DNA of 64,000 nucleotides from Candidatus Iainarchaeum sp. (GTDB lineage Archaea; B1Sed10-29; WALL01). Under the pieces are notes generated by a model that saw only the letters and a list, made by a program, of their open reading frames with translations, did not search any database and was not told the origin of the DNA. A program made the position numbers and the translations under genes. Positions within the stretch are counted from its first letter, which is position 1; each line of letters begins with the position of its first letter. Below are positions 51,156 to 61,198 of the stretch, piece by piece. Where the stretch lies: positions 9,088-73,087 of the forward strand of contig JAGGYF010000028.1 of the NCBI GenBank assembly GCA_021162685.1, given 5' to 3'.

Positions 51156-51350
51156 ATGGCAGAGAAGAAGGGTAAAAGAAAAAAGAGGCAGAGAAGAAGG
51201 GTAAAGAAGAGCAGCTTTTATGAGGTAAAGGAAGGCAAGATAGTAAAAAAGAGGCAGGAATGCCCTAAATGTGGTGCTGGCGTTTTTATGGCCGAGCATA
51301 AAGATAGGTATACGTGTGGAAGGTGTGGTTATACAAAGTGGAAAAAATGA
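51156..51350 (+). CDS. rps27ae: 30S ribosomal protein eS31 (S27ae)
   Basis: [25 protein letters not shown]. Confidence 0.96.
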   Translation: MAEKKGKRKKRQRRRVKKSSFYEVKEGKIVKKRQECPKCGAGVFMAEHKDRYTCGRCGYTKWKK

Positions 51351-52309
51351 TCTGTTTAGGTATAGAAAGCACTGCGCACACATTTGGAGTAGGAATAACA
51401 GATGGGAGAAAATGTCTAGCAAATAGAAAGCTTATGTACAGGGCAAAAGGGGGCATACATCCGAGAGAAGCAGCGCAGTATATGACTGACAACGCACACC
51501 TTGTTCTAAAAGAGGCAATAGAAGAAGCAGACATATCTATGGATGACATAGGATTATTTGCATTTGCACAGGGACCTGGACTTGGACCATGTTTAAGGGT
51601 TGGTGCTGCAATTGCGCGGGTTCTATCACTCAGATACAAAAAACCCATTGTTGGAGTAAATCATTGTATTGCACATGTTGAAGTTGGTAAGTGGGATGGT
51701 AAACTAAAGGACCCTTTGGTTGTGTATGTATCAGGCGCAAATACCCAGATCCTTGGATTAGCAAAGAAGAGGTACAGAATATATGGGGAGACACTGGACA
51801 TTGGTCTTGGGAATGCCATAGACGTGTTCGCTAGGGAGTTCGGGGTGCCAATGCCAGGAGGCCCATGGTTAGAGAAAACAGCAAAAAAAGGAAAGAGATA
51901 CATAGAACTGCCATATACTGTTAAGGGGATGGACCTCGCCTTTTCTGGGTTACTTACTGCAGCAAAAAAGCTCGCTAGGAAGAAGAATAGGTATGACCTA
52001 TGCTATTCATTCCAGGAAACACTTTTTGGTATGCTTGTTGAAGTGTCTGAAAGGGCATTAGCACACACAAAAAAAAGAGAGGTGCTTTTGGTTGGGGGAG
52101 TTGCACAGAACAAACGCCTGAACAATATGTTTAATGAGATGTGCAGATTCCACAATGCAAAGTTTTTTGTTTCAAAACCGGAATATAACGCAGACAATGG
52201 GTTTATGATTGCACTTACAGGATTAAAAATGTTCAAAGCAGGCGTCAGACAAAAAGACTTACATATAAACCAGAAGTGGAGAACTGATGAAGTAGAAGTT
52301 ATTTGGTAA
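51347..52309 (+). CDS. kae1: tRNA N6-threonylcarbamoyltransferase Kae1 (KEOPS)
   Basis: LGIESTAHT; GPGLGPCL; VNHCIAHVE; GETLDI; DNG.MIA. Confidence 0.96.
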   Translation: MICLGIESTAHTFGVGITDGRKCLANRKLMYRAKGGIHPREAAQYMTDNAHLVLKEAIEEADISMDDIGLFAFAQGPGLGPCLRVGAAIARVLSLRYKKPIVGVNHCIAHVEVGKWDGKLKDPLVVYVSGANTQILGLAKKRYRIYGETLDIGLGNAIDVFAREFGVPMPGGPWLEKTAKKGKRYIELPYTVKGMDLAFSGLLTAAKKLARKKNRYDLCYSFQETLFGMLVEVSERALAHTKKREVLLVGGVAQNKRLNNMFNEMCRFHNAKFFVSKPEYNADNGFMIALTGLKMFKAGVRQKDLHINQKWRTDEVEVIW

Positions 52310-53405
52310 GAACTATCATACTCTCTCTTGTAATACCTATCTTTTTTGTTCGTTGTTTAGTGCACCACCTTTTGTTCAAAACAATTATTCTATCAACTGC
52401 AAACCCTACGCTCTCAGCAATCTCTGATAGGATTATATCACTCTCAACAACACCATCTGGGAAGCAACCATTTCCAACAACAATTGCTACCTTCGCCCCT
52501 TGCTTACAGACCCTATAAAGCTCATGTATAACCATATCCATGTCCTTGAAATATGCTCTTGCTATTGGAGGAAGGTCCTTATTCACAAGAAAATCCGCAG
52601 TAGTATCCAATCCTATTGCGCTTCTTATGGCTGTTGTTTTCATATGTTTGAAGAAAAGCTCGGTTTCTATTGAGTAAACCCTTGTATACTCAATCTTATT
52701 TAGATAAGGAGGAGATGTTATGACAGCATCTACACTCTCATCTTCCATATCTAACATACGTGCATCTCCAATCCTCGCCTCTGCTTTTGCTTCTGTTGTT
52801 TCAAATGTCTTCACATCATGTAGCATCTTCATGAGCGTCCTCCGCAGCATCTTCCTAAGTGGAGGAACGGGTTTTTTCTTTATCCTCAGGACAGAACCGT
52901 CCTTTATCACATATGAGCACTTCATCGCAGCATTCATCAATCCTAACAACAAGAAATCCCTTATCTTCTCGTCTTCAAATCTCATTATTGCATCCCTGAA
53001 CACAAAGATATCATCAAGCACATATTTTGAAAATGCTTTTTTTACAAACGATGAAACATCACACTCCTTCTTAACAAATTTTATTTTCATCAACCTCTTT
53101 ATTGCCTGAAATAGTTCATCTGGATCATATTCCCTTAATTTGACATTTGAAACAAAAACTGCTATTGGTGACACATCAAAACCTAAGGAATCTATGCCTC
53201 TTTGTTTACATGCAACTAGTGTTGTACCAACGCCACAAAAAGGATCCAAAACCAAACCATTAGCACCAAACATATCAAGAACATTGAAAACTAATTGCTT
53301 TGAGAAACCCTCTTTATAGTAAAACCAGTCATATACAGGTTCATGTTTATTAGGAATGAATGTAGCAAATGGGCCCCATTCCAATTTCTCAACAATCTTA
53401 TACAT
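52299..53405 (-). CDS. Amino (likely N4-cytosine) DNA methyltransferase, orphan
   Basis: WFYYKEGFS; LDPFCGVGTT (motif I) before TSPPY (motif IV). Confidence 0.88.
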   Translation of the reverse strand: MYKIVEKLEWGPFATFIPNKHEPVYDWFYYKEGFSKQLVFNVLDMFGANGLVLDPFCGVGTTLVACKQRGIDSLGFDVSPIAVFVSNVKLREYDPDELFQAIKRLMKIKFVKKECDVSSFVKKAFSKYVLDDIFVFRDAIMRFEDEKIRDFLLLGLMNAAMKCSYVIKDGSVLRIKKKPVPPLRKMLRRTLMKMLHDVKTFETTEAKAEARIGDARMLDMEDESVDAVITSPPYLNKIEYTRVYSIETELFFKHMKTTAIRSAIGLDTTADFLVNKDLPPIARAYFKDMDMVIHELYRVCKQGAKVAIVVGNGCFPDGVVESDIILSEIAESVGFAVDRIIVLNKRWCTKQRTKKIGITRESMIVLTK

Positions 53406-53585
53406 ATGTATGAATTAGAATGTGTACTTTTATATGGTTTTGCATGATAATTCAAATCTTTGTGGAGTTGCCAGCTCAGAGGTAAAAACAAAAGACTAAA
53501 AACTAGTTTTCCTAGTTCTTGAGATATTCTTACTAGTTTATTTTTATTTTTTGTATAAAATGCTGTTTATCACCACATTCCCTTT

Positions 53586-53771
53586 CTAATCGCTTTCATG
53601 TTCATAACAATAGGGACATACTTCATATCCACCAAAAATCCCAAGAAATGCGCCTTTCTTCCTCACACAGAATGGGCATAATATTCTTCCACACACCGCG
53701 CATCTGTGTGTGACCAACCTGCCTATAATCTCTCTTCCACAATATCCACAGAAGATATGCTTAGGGCTCAT
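53586..53771 (-). CDS. Small Cys-rich zinc-finger protein
   Basis: CGYC, CAVC, CPFC, CPYC. Confidence 0.7.
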   Translation of the reverse strand: MSPKHIFCGYCGREIIGRLVTHRCAVCGRILCPFCVRKKGAFLGIFGGYEVCPYCYEHESD

Positions 53772-53804
53772 ATTTTTTAATTATGTTATGTTAAATATAA
53801 AAAG

Positions 53805-54509
53805 GTGGTATATTTGACCGAACTTCTTTATATGAAAGATTGCTACATCAAAGAATTTGATGCAAATGTTATAGAGAATGGTAGAGATTACGTTGTATTG
53901 GACAGGACTGCATTCTATCCAGAAGGGGGAGGACAAGAATCTGATACAGGCACACTAGATGATATTAGGGTAATTAAAGTAAAAAAGGATGGTGGAAAGA
54001 TAAAACATTTTGTTGAGGCACCCATTGAGAATAGTGTGGTACATGGTGTCATTGATTGGGATAGAAGATATAAGCATATGAGGATGCATACTGCACAACA
54101 TTTAGTATCTGCAATTGTTCTTGATAGATATGGTGCTGAAACAAAAGGCAATCAGATACATGCTGATTATTCACGTATTGATTTTTCGCTTGATAAGATA
54201 ACGCAGGAGATGGTGGATGAGATAACAAGATTGTTCAACGACTATGTTGATAAATCAATTCCAGTGAAGATATATTTTACAAATAGGGAGGAAGTTATCA
54301 AAACCATTGATGAAAGGAGAAGGAACCTATTCAATCGCGTTCCCTCATTTGTGAAGGAGATAAGGGTTGTTGAGATTGTTGGAGTGGATAAATGTCCATG
54401 TGCTGGTACACATGTGTCCAACACAAACGAGATAGGGCACATAAAGATAAAGGACGTGGTAAGTAAGGGCAAGGGTATTACAAGAATTGTGTACGAGTTG
54501 GTAAAATGA
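53805..54509 (+). CDS. alaXM: Alanyl-tRNA editing protein AlaX-M
   Basis: TAFYPEGGGQ.SDTG; MRMHTAQH; CAGTHV. Confidence 0.92.
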   Translation: MVYLTELLYMKDCYIKEFDANVIENGRDYVVLDRTAFYPEGGGQESDTGTLDDIRVIKVKKDGGKIKHFVEAPIENSVVHGVIDWDRRYKHMRMHTAQHLVSAIVLDRYGAETKGNQIHADYSRIDFSLDKITQEMVDEITRLFNDYVDKSIPVKIYFTNREEVIKTIDERRRNLFNRVPSFVKEIRVVEIVGVDKCPCAGTHVSNTNEIGHIKIKDVVSKGKGITRIVYELVK

Positions 54510-54739
54510 GTGGGGCTGGTGAAGGAAAATATGAACTTAAAAACGCAAAAGTGTACATACACGAAAGAGGTAAATCAAATGCGAAGATTACGCATATAGA
54601 TGTAGAACACCCTTTACTCAATGAGATAATAAAACCAGGAGAAAGCACATATGTTGGGGCGAAGGAGGGCGGTGTTTTCATAGGGCTGAAAAAAGAGATG
54701 ATAAAAAGAGCAGAAAGGTTATTGGAGAGGTTGAGATGA
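54506..54739 (+). CDS. Hypothetical protein
   Basis: ATGA-coupled at both ends; typical codon usage. Confidence 0.7.
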   Translation: MSGAGEGKYELKNAKVYIHERGKSNAKITHIDVEHPLLNEIIKPGESTYVGAKEGGVFIGLKKEMIKRAERLLERLR

Positions 54740-55326
54740 AACTCATACAAAGGGGGGCAGAAGCATTATTATATAAAGACAAATACCTAGGCATAGATGT
54801 GATAAGAAAGATACGAACAGAGAAGCCGTACAAGGATAAAACACTTGATGAACGATTGAGAGCATTTAGGACAAGAAACGAGGCAAGATTATTAAACAGA
54901 GCAAGATGTGCAGTAAACACCCCACATGTAATTGAAGTTATCAAAAACAGAAATGAGATAGTAATGGAATTTATTGATGGAGAGCGCATTAAAGAGCGGT
55001 TTTTTAGAGGAGAACTGAGAGGAGCAAAAAAGATCGGAGAGCATATAAAAAAAATGCATGACCATAACATAATACACAATGACCTAACAACCTCAAATAT
55101 GATAATGAGCCAACATACAATATATTTTATTGATTTTGGCTTGGGATTTATCTCTCCATCTATTGAGGATAAAGCAACAGACCTTGTTGTTCTTAAAAAG
55201 ATGCTACAGAGCACCCATTTTGACCATTTCAGTAGGGTATGGGGAAAGATAATAAGAGGGTATAAACCAAGCAAGGCAATAGAACAGAAGATTGCGGATA
55301 TAGAGTCAAGGGTCAGATATAAGTGA
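54736..55326 (+). CDS. bud32: KEOPS kinase Bud32
   Basis: RGAEA; RTRNEARLL; HNDLTTSN; IDFGL; RVRY. Confidence 0.93.
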   Translation: MKLIQRGAEALLYKDKYLGIDVIRKIRTEKPYKDKTLDERLRAFRTRNEARLLNRARCAVNTPHVIEVIKNRNEIVMEFIDGERIKERFFRGELRGAKKIGEHIKKMHDHNIIHNDLTTSNMIMSQHTIYFIDFGLGFISPSIEDKATDLVVLKKMLQSTHFDHFSRVWGKIIRGYKPSKAIEQKIADIESRVRYK

Positions 55327-55360
55327 AACATTTTTATACTGCTGTATATTAAAGAATAGT

Positions 55361-56014
55361 ATGGCAACAATCTTTCATCTTGATAGGTTCAGGGGCACAG
55401 AGAGGGATAGGCTTGCTTCTATAAGTGAAGATACACATGACGCAAATATACGGATGTACCAAGAAGAAACAGATGGCCCTGTAACACTTGAGCTCAAGGT
55501 TAGGTTGTACAGCAATCATAGGGAGGGTTACAACCTGCTTGAGAGATTCAGAAAAGCAGTTACACTTGAACATGAGAATGAGAAGAAGGATATTCCATTC
55601 CACGAGGACATAAAGAAGGTAATAAAAGGTCTGAGTACAGACATCAACAATGTTTACACAGAGGTTGAGACAAGTGAGATACAACCATATAGAACAGGTA
55701 GCACGCAGATGGGCCATGAGATGTATGTTACTGTAAGATTTAGGAGTTGGGACCCAAGAGTACTTAGAGAAACAGAGGAGTATATCAGAAACCTCAGGAA
55801 TAAACCAGCAGAAAACGTGGAACTCATTCTTGAAATTGTTGGGCACAATCCTGCTGCTGTCCAGAAACTACATCAAACATTAAAAACAGTTGTTGAAAGG
55901 GCAAAGGAGGAGATGAGAAGAAAACAAACAAGAGCACCAATGGGACCATCACTAGAGAGGATTGGTGCTGGACCAGAAATTCCAAAAAAGGGAAGATATG
56001 AAAGGATCAAATGA
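55361..56014 (+). CDS. Hypothetical protein
   Basis: 217-aa ORF with own TATA-like box (TTTTTATA ~55331); no recognised family. Confidence 0.65.
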   Translation: MATIFHLDRFRGTERDRLASISEDTHDANIRMYQEETDGPVTLELKVRLYSNHREGYNLLERFRKAVTLEHENEKKDIPFHEDIKKVIKGLSTDINNVYTEVETSEIQPYRTGSTQMGHEMYVTVRFRSWDPRVLRETEEYIRNLRNKPAENVELILEIVGHNPAAVQKLHQTLKTVVERAKEEMRRKQTRAPMGPSLERIGAGPEIPKKGRYERIK

Positions 56015-56020
56015 TGCACT

Positions 56021-56563
56021 ATGTATTTTATTACATCAAATAAAAACAAAGTAGAGGAAGCTAGGAAGATTTTGGGAGACATAAGATGGAAGCGCATGGA
56101 CGTGCCCGAGATACAGAGCAATACAATAGAGGAGATTGCAAAAGAGAGCGCCAGATATGCCTTCTCAAGGATAAAAAAGCCCCTCTTTGTTGAAGATGCT
56201 GGTCTATTCATGAAGGCCCTAGCAGGCTTTCCTGGCCCATACTCCAAATATGTATACAACACAATTGGCTGTAAGGGTATAATAAAACTCATGAGGGGAG
56301 TACAGACAAGAGATGCTGAATTTAGGGCTGCTGTGGCATATGCTGACAAGCGTGGCAGGATACATGTGTTCGTTGGCAGAGTTAATGGAACCATAGCAAC
56401 GTCAGAAAGAGGAAACCACGGATTTGGCTTTGATCCTATATTCATCCCGAGAAACAAGAAGAAGACATTTGCACAGGACCCTGAGTACAAGGCCAAAATC
56501 AGCCATAGAACAAAGGCTCTGCTCAAATTGAAGGCCTTTCTTGAGCAAAAGGTTTATAAATAA
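56021..56563 (+). CDS. rdgB: Non-canonical purine NTP pyrophosphatase (RdgB/HAM1)
   Basis: TSNKNK; EDAGL; GFPGPYS; GFGFDPIF; SHR. Confidence 0.93.
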   Translation: MYFITSNKNKVEEARKILGDIRWKRMDVPEIQSNTIEEIAKESARYAFSRIKKPLFVEDAGLFMKALAGFPGPYSKYVYNTIGCKGIIKLMRGVQTRDAEFRAAVAYADKRGRIHVFVGRVNGTIATSERGNHGFGFDPIFIPRNKKKTFAQDPEYKAKISHRTKALLKLKAFLEQKVYK

Positions 56564-56641
56564 AGATAGGCAAAATATAGCCACGCCAACGCCACCAGAC
56601 CCTGTTTCTCGTTCCAGTTAGGAGCATAAGGAGTTGAAAAT

Positions 56642-57100
56642 ATGGCAAGAATGCATGCTAGAAAGAAAGGTAAGAGCGGGAGTAAGAGGCCTCCGACAAA
56701 AATTGCACCTGAATGGGTGGATATGAGTGCAAAGCAGGTGGAGGAGCTAGTTGTTAAACTTGCAAAAGAAGGCAAATCCATGAGTATCATTGGGGTTATA
56801 CTAAGAGACCAATACGGAATCCCATCTATAAAAGCTGTTTGTGGGAAAAGCGTGAAGGACATACTCAAAGAAAACAACCTTCTGCCAGAATTACCAGAGG
56901 ACCTGCGAAATCTCATGGAGAAGGCAGTTAAACTAAGAAAACATCTTGAGAAGAACAAAAAGGACCTACACAATAGAAGAGGGCTTATGCTTATTGAATC
57001 AAAGATAAAGCGATTGCAGAAGTACTACAAGAGAAAGAAGGTATTGCCACAGAACTGGTATTACAACCCAGAAGAAGCAGCACTTTTGGTGAAACGATGA
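56642..57100 (+). CDS. rps15: 30S ribosomal protein uS15
   Basis: [14 protein letters not shown]; LRDQYGIP; LIESKIKRL. Confidence 0.97.
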   Translation: MARMHARKKGKSGSKRPPTKIAPEWVDMSAKQVEELVVKLAKEGKSMSIIGVILRDQYGIPSIKAVCGKSVKDILKENNLLPELPEDLRNLMEKAVKLRKHLEKNKKDLHNRRGLMLIESKIKRLQKYYKRKKVLPQNWYYNPEEAALLVKR

Positions 57101-57216
57101 AGTATGCATTCAAAATAAAAATTGGTAAGAGAGTATTTTCAAAAACAATGGAGATGGACGATCTAATAAAGATGGTTGATAAGATGATTGTAAAGGAGAG
57201 GATTAAATGGCAGTAA
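57097..57216 (+). CDS. 39-aa small ORF (below track cutoff)
   Basis: [39 protein letters not shown]; ATGA overlap with rps15 and overlap with rps3ae start. Confidence 0.5.
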   Translation: MKYAFKIKIGKRVFSKTMEMDDLIKMVDKMIVKERIKWQ

Positions 57217-57803
57217 GAAAGAAAAAAACAGCGGATAGGTGGAAAACAAAAAAGTGGTATACACTTCTTGCACCAAAATGTTTTGAGGAAAAGGAGATAG
57301 GACAAACTGTTGCATCAGAACCTAAACAGATTGTAGGCAGGATAATACGAACTCCACTCAATGTTATAACAGGAAACATATCACAGCAGAGTATGATACT
57401 AAAATTTAGGGTTGTTGATGTAAAAGGAGAATACGGAAAAACTGCTATTGCTGGGCATGAGATTCAAAGAGGGTATATGGAAAGGCTTGTTAGAAGAATG
57501 CACTCAATAGTTACAGCTATTGGACCAGTAACAACAAAGGATGGGTATACATTGCAGATAACTAGTGTTGCAATTGCTAGAAACAAGATGGCGTCAACTC
57601 AGAGAAAAGCAATAAGGAAAGTCATGTATGATTACATAAAAACAAAGGCATCAAAGATGAAACTTGACAAATTCTTCCAGGAGATGATTTTTGGGAAGGT
57701 ATCATCAGAGATTGCAAAAGAGATAAAAAAGATATACCCTGTATCAAGGGTAGAGATAAAAAAGAGTAGGATTATATCCGAACCTGGAAAGAAGAGTGAG
57801 TAG
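57207..57803 (+). CDS. rps3ae: 30S ribosomal protein eS1 (S3ae)
   Basis: DRWKTKKWY; VTTKDGY; KKIYP..VEIKK. Confidence 0.96.
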   Translation: MAVRKKKTADRWKTKKWYTLLAPKCFEEKEIGQTVASEPKQIVGRIIRTPLNVITGNISQQSMILKFRVVDVKGEYGKTAIAGHEIQRGYMERLVRRMHSIVTAIGPVTTKDGYTLQITSVAIARNKMASTQRKAIRKVMYDYIKTKASKMKLDKFFQEMIFGKVSSEIAKEIKKIYPVSRVEIKKSRIISEPGKKSE

Positions 57804-58478
57804 ATGTATGGGGCAGAGCTACTACTTCCCCTCATAGTAGGGATTGTAGCATATGGAACTGGTAGTTTAGACCTCCTAAGCTCTATAACTGGCATTGTTA
57901 TGGGTTATACAATCATCTTTGCAAGGGGGTTTGACTGGTTTCTTGTTCTTCTCTTCTTCTTTGTATTGAGTATTGCTGCAACCAGATATAAGTACAAAAG
58001 AAAGGAGAGATATCACGTATCCCAGAAAAAAAGAACAGTTGAAAACGTCTTAGGTAATGGTTTGGTTGCAGTTGCTTGTGCAGTCTATGGCAACATATAT
58101 GGATTCTTTGGTGCAATATCAACAGCCACATCAGATACTGTTTCATCAGAACTTGGAGTATTATCAAAAGATGACCCTATTGATATTCTCACAGGAAGAA
58201 CAGTAAGAAGAGGGGCAAATGGTGGCATATCAGTACTTGGGAACGTTGCTATGTTTGCCAGCTCATTTATACTCTCTTTGTCTGCTATTGTATTGTTCAA
58301 TGATTTCCTTTTATTCTGGATAGCATTATGGTCTGGCATCTTTGGATGCATCATTGACTCAATATTTGGCTCTTGGCTTGAGAATAAGGGCGTCATAGGG
58401 AACAGTCTTGTCAATTTCATTGCAACAGTTTTTGGCGCAGGAATGGCTATTTGGCTGAGTACAATTATATCCATGTAA
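57804..58478 (+). CDS. DUF92 (TMEM19) membrane protein
   Basis: NVLGNG; SDT.SSELG; NGGIS..G; DS.FG..LE; N..VN. Confidence 0.88.
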   Translation: MYGAELLLPLIVGIVAYGTGSLDLLSSITGIVMGYTIIFARGFDWFLVLLFFFVLSIAATRYKYKRKERYHVSQKKRTVENVLGNGLVAVACAVYGNIYGFFGAISTATSDTVSSELGVLSKDDPIDILTGRTVRRGANGGISVLGNVAMFASSFILSLSAIVLFNDFLLFWIALWSGIFGCIIDSIFGSWLENKGVIGNSLVNFIATVFGAGMAIWLSTIISM

Positions 58479-58506
58479 ACAAACATTTAAATAAACAAGA
58501 TGAATA

Positions 58507-59205
58507 ATGAGAATTATGCGAAGGATACTCAGTGGGATATCTGGGCTTGACAGGTTGCTGGAAGGGGGGTTTCCAGAAGGAAGCGCAATACTGGTCACAG
58601 GAGAGCCTGGAACTGGAAAAACATTGTTCGGATTACAATATCTATACAATGGATGTAGCAGGTATGATGAGCCAGGTGTTCTCATACAAGCAGGAGAATT
58701 TAATAGTACAATATACTGGTATGAGGAGATGATGCGCTGGAACCTTGCAGACATGCAAGACAAGAATAAACTCATGATATATGCATTTAAGCCAACTGAC
58801 TATGATAAATTCCTACCAGAATCGCTTGAAAGTGAGGTTCTCTCAAAATTAAGGAATATCCTTGTCCCAATGCATGTAAAAAGGGCGGTTATTGATGCAA
58901 TCACTCCTCTCAGTTTAGGAATGGATTTGAGTAGATACAGAAAGAGTTTGTATCTGTTAATATCGTTTATGAAAGAACTTGGTGTAACATCTGTTCTCAT
59001 CTCTGAGAGTAGTTTAAAAGAACAAATGGCAGTTGAAGAACATATCTGTGACGGGGTTATAAGAATAAAACATGAGATAGATGAAACAGGACAGTACAAC
59101 AAGCGCTTGTTGGTTGCAAAGATGGTAGCAACAAATGCACCAATGGCGTGGTATCCTGTAACTATATCCAGTAGGCTTGGTTTCTCTGTAAGGCCATTTC
59201 TGTAA
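58507..59205 (+). CDS. KaiC/RAD55-like RecA-superfamily ATPase
   Basis: SGISGLDRLLEGG; GEPGTGKT; VIDA; DGVI. Confidence 0.88.
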   Translation: MRIMRRILSGISGLDRLLEGGFPEGSAILVTGEPGTGKTLFGLQYLYNGCSRYDEPGVLIQAGEFNSTIYWYEEMMRWNLADMQDKNKLMIYAFKPTDYDKFLPESLESEVLSKLRNILVPMHVKRAVIDAITPLSLGMDLSRYRKSLYLLISFMKELGVTSVLISESSLKEQMAVEEHICDGVIRIKHEIDETGQYNKRLLVAKMVATNAPMAWYPVTISSRLGFSVRPFL

Positions 59206-59246
59206 ATAACATATTTTTATATGATAATCAACACAATAGAGTAGGC

Positions 59247-59377
59247 AGCCCCGTAGTCTAGTGGCCAAGGATGCAGGCCTTTGGAGCCTGCGACGGCGGT
59301 TCGAAAATGAGGAACCTCCAGCGGGTTCCTCATCCACCTCCAGCAACCACTGGAGTTCGAAAATCCGCCCGGGGCTA
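59247..59377 (+). tRNA. tRNA-Gln(TTG) with 58-nt T-loop intron (59306-59363)
   Basis: AGCCCCG/CGGGGCT; CAGGC-CTTTGGA-GCCTG; BHB removal restores GGCGG-TTCGAAT-CCGCC. Confidence 0.92.
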
Positions 59378-59833
59378 CTTAAACAAAATGTGTTTATTCT
59401 CAATCCTCAGCACTATAGCATACAATAAGAGCACAATCACTACTGAAGCAATCCACAGGGTATCATGAATAACAAAAGAATCTGTTATCATTGTTAGATA
59501 TACTCGTAGTATATTCCACAACAAAAATATGGGGAAGGAGAGGAGGGCATATATCACCTTTTTCTCGCTGTCTATGTTATTGGTCGCATATAATAGCGCT
59601 GCGAATATTGAAAACGAAACAATGCCTGTACATGATGAAACAATAACAAAGGCATATGTTGGTGCAACTATCATATTCCCAATAAGTTCCACATGCTTTC
59701 CAGATAATAAAAGTAAGGCATATGTTGCATGCCCAACAATTGTTTTCAGTATAGGGGTGTCAAACACAAGCAATGCAAAATACATCCCAGAAAAGAAGAT
59801 GATGAACCTTAAAGCAAATGATTTGAAGTTCAT
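59375..59833 (-). CDS. Archaeosortase/exosortase family protein
   Basis: Multi-TM with Cys (SSCTG), Arg (NILR), His (IHD) triad order. Confidence 0.8.
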   Translation of the reverse strand: MNFKSFALRFIIFFSGMYFALLVFDTPILKTIVGHATYALLLLSGKHVELIGNMIVAPTYAFVIVSSCTGIVSFSIFAALLYATNNIDSEKKVIYALLSFPIFLLWNILRVYLTMITDSFVIHDTLWIASVVIVLLLYAIVLRIENKHILFK

Positions 59834-59834
59834 A

Positions 59835-60344
59835 TCACCATGGCTCCTTCTTCAGTTTAAGTTTAAATGCAGCATAATTGAAGAGTACGTGAAGAAATGC
59901 TGTCATAACAAGTACTGTTAACACAATGCTTATTTCTGGGAATGGGATACCAACATATGTGCCAATCCAGTTAAAGAACAATGCTCCAAAAATAAAATCC
60001 CACTGGTCAAGAAGCGGTGCTGCTTCCCCTCTTTTCAGATTAAACCTCCTCTTCATAAAAGAGCCAAATGTGTCCCCAACCATAGCACCAAGTGCTAACA
60101 GAAAACCCAACAAGTAGATAGAAGCATCATTAGACACGAGCGCTTGAAACGCGCCAATCGCTGTTCCTAGTATTACTGAAAGAATAAATCCTTTTACTGT
60201 TTTTCCCCTTCCAAAAAGCGGCCGACCATCAACAAATTTTATGCCCTGGTCTATTGGCGTATTCCCCTTTAGGATAACTGCGGAACCATTAGCCACATAC
60301 GCGGGGAGGATATACCACAATGCATTTGCTATAAGTTGTATCAT
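59835..60344 (-). CDS. carS: CDP-archaeol synthase
   Basis: PAYVANG; PID.G; FGRGKT; GD..GSF.KRR; PLLDQ.DF; LKKEPW. Confidence 0.93.
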   Translation of the reverse strand: MIQLIANALWYILPAYVANGSAVILKGNTPIDQGIKFVDGRPLFGRGKTVKGFILSVILGTAIGAFQALVSNDASIYLLGFLLALGAMVGDTFGSFMKRRFNLKRGEAAPLLDQWDFIFGALFFNWIGTYVGIPFPEISIVLTVLVMTAFLHVLFNYAAFKLKLKKEPW

Positions 60345-60412
60345 ACTAGGATATTATGCACATGTTTTTTTTAACCATTATGTATATATACGCCAACTCA
60401 TTAAACAAAGGT

Positions 60413-60562
60413 ATGGCAGAATTCAAACCCACATGTCCTAAATGCTTTATAGAAAAGGGGTATACTGTCCTTCTAAGAAAGGATGGGGAAGTATTCCAGT
60501 GTCCGAACAATCCAAAACATAGATTCGTCTTGGATAACGATGGATATCTAAAACCTATCTAG
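60413..60562 (+). CDS. Small zinc-ribbon protein
   Basis: MAEFKPTCPKC..FQCPNNPKH; TATATA box upstream. Confidence 0.6.
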   Translation: MAEFKPTCPKCFIEKGYTVLLRKDGEVFQCPNNPKHRFVLDNDGYLKPI

Positions 60563-61127
60563 CCTCCTTCTCCTTTTGCTTCTCTTTTCTAATCGCTATC
60601 TCATGTGCTACCCATTCGTCCCTTGGTGTTGTTGGTGGTCTTTCAACATAGTCTGCATTTGTCATCTTGAATAGAAGGCCCTCTGGTGTTTCTATCATCC
60701 TTCCTATCATACTGTACAATGATAATGTGTCATAATTGTTCTGAATCAGCCTAACAAAGACCTTTTTATATGGCTCCTGTTCCTCACCAAATTCATTTTC
60801 ATATCCTGTTTCCAACTCAAAAGTTGTTTCAACAACAAAATCTGCACCCTCAACATTATATCTAGCAAGTATCCTTGTCTTCATGGATGTTGAAAAATAC
60901 TGATCCACCGCAGATACTGGTTTGGATATCTCAGAGATGATGTCTCCCATCCTGTAATCCGAGAGATGAAGAACAATAGGTTTATCACTTACAACCTCTA
61001 CAAGACGACCAATAAGTTGTTTCTGTTTTAGCAAGGGCAATTTGCATTCACCTATATCAATACGAATAGGGCGCTCTCTCTTCTCCTCTTTTCTCCTCCA
61101 CAAACTAAGAAATTTACCCATAGGCAT
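60555..61127 (-). CDS. Hypothetical protein
   Basis: 190-aa ORF with normal codon usage; TTTAAATA upstream. Confidence 0.6.
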   Translation of the reverse strand: MPMGKFLSLWRRKEEKRERPIRIDIGECKLPLLKQKQLIGRLVEVVSDKPIVLHLSDYRMGDIISEISKPVSAVDQYFSTSMKTRILARYNVEGADFVVETTFELETGYENEFGEEQEPYKKVFVRLIQNNYDTLSLYSMIGRMIETPEGLLFKMTNADYVERPPTTPRDEWVAHEIAIRKEKQKEKEAR

Positions 61128-61198
61128 TATAATAAAGAGGAATCATTATTTAAACATTCCCCAAAACCCTTTTATGTCTGTTTGTACTAAAAGGTATT

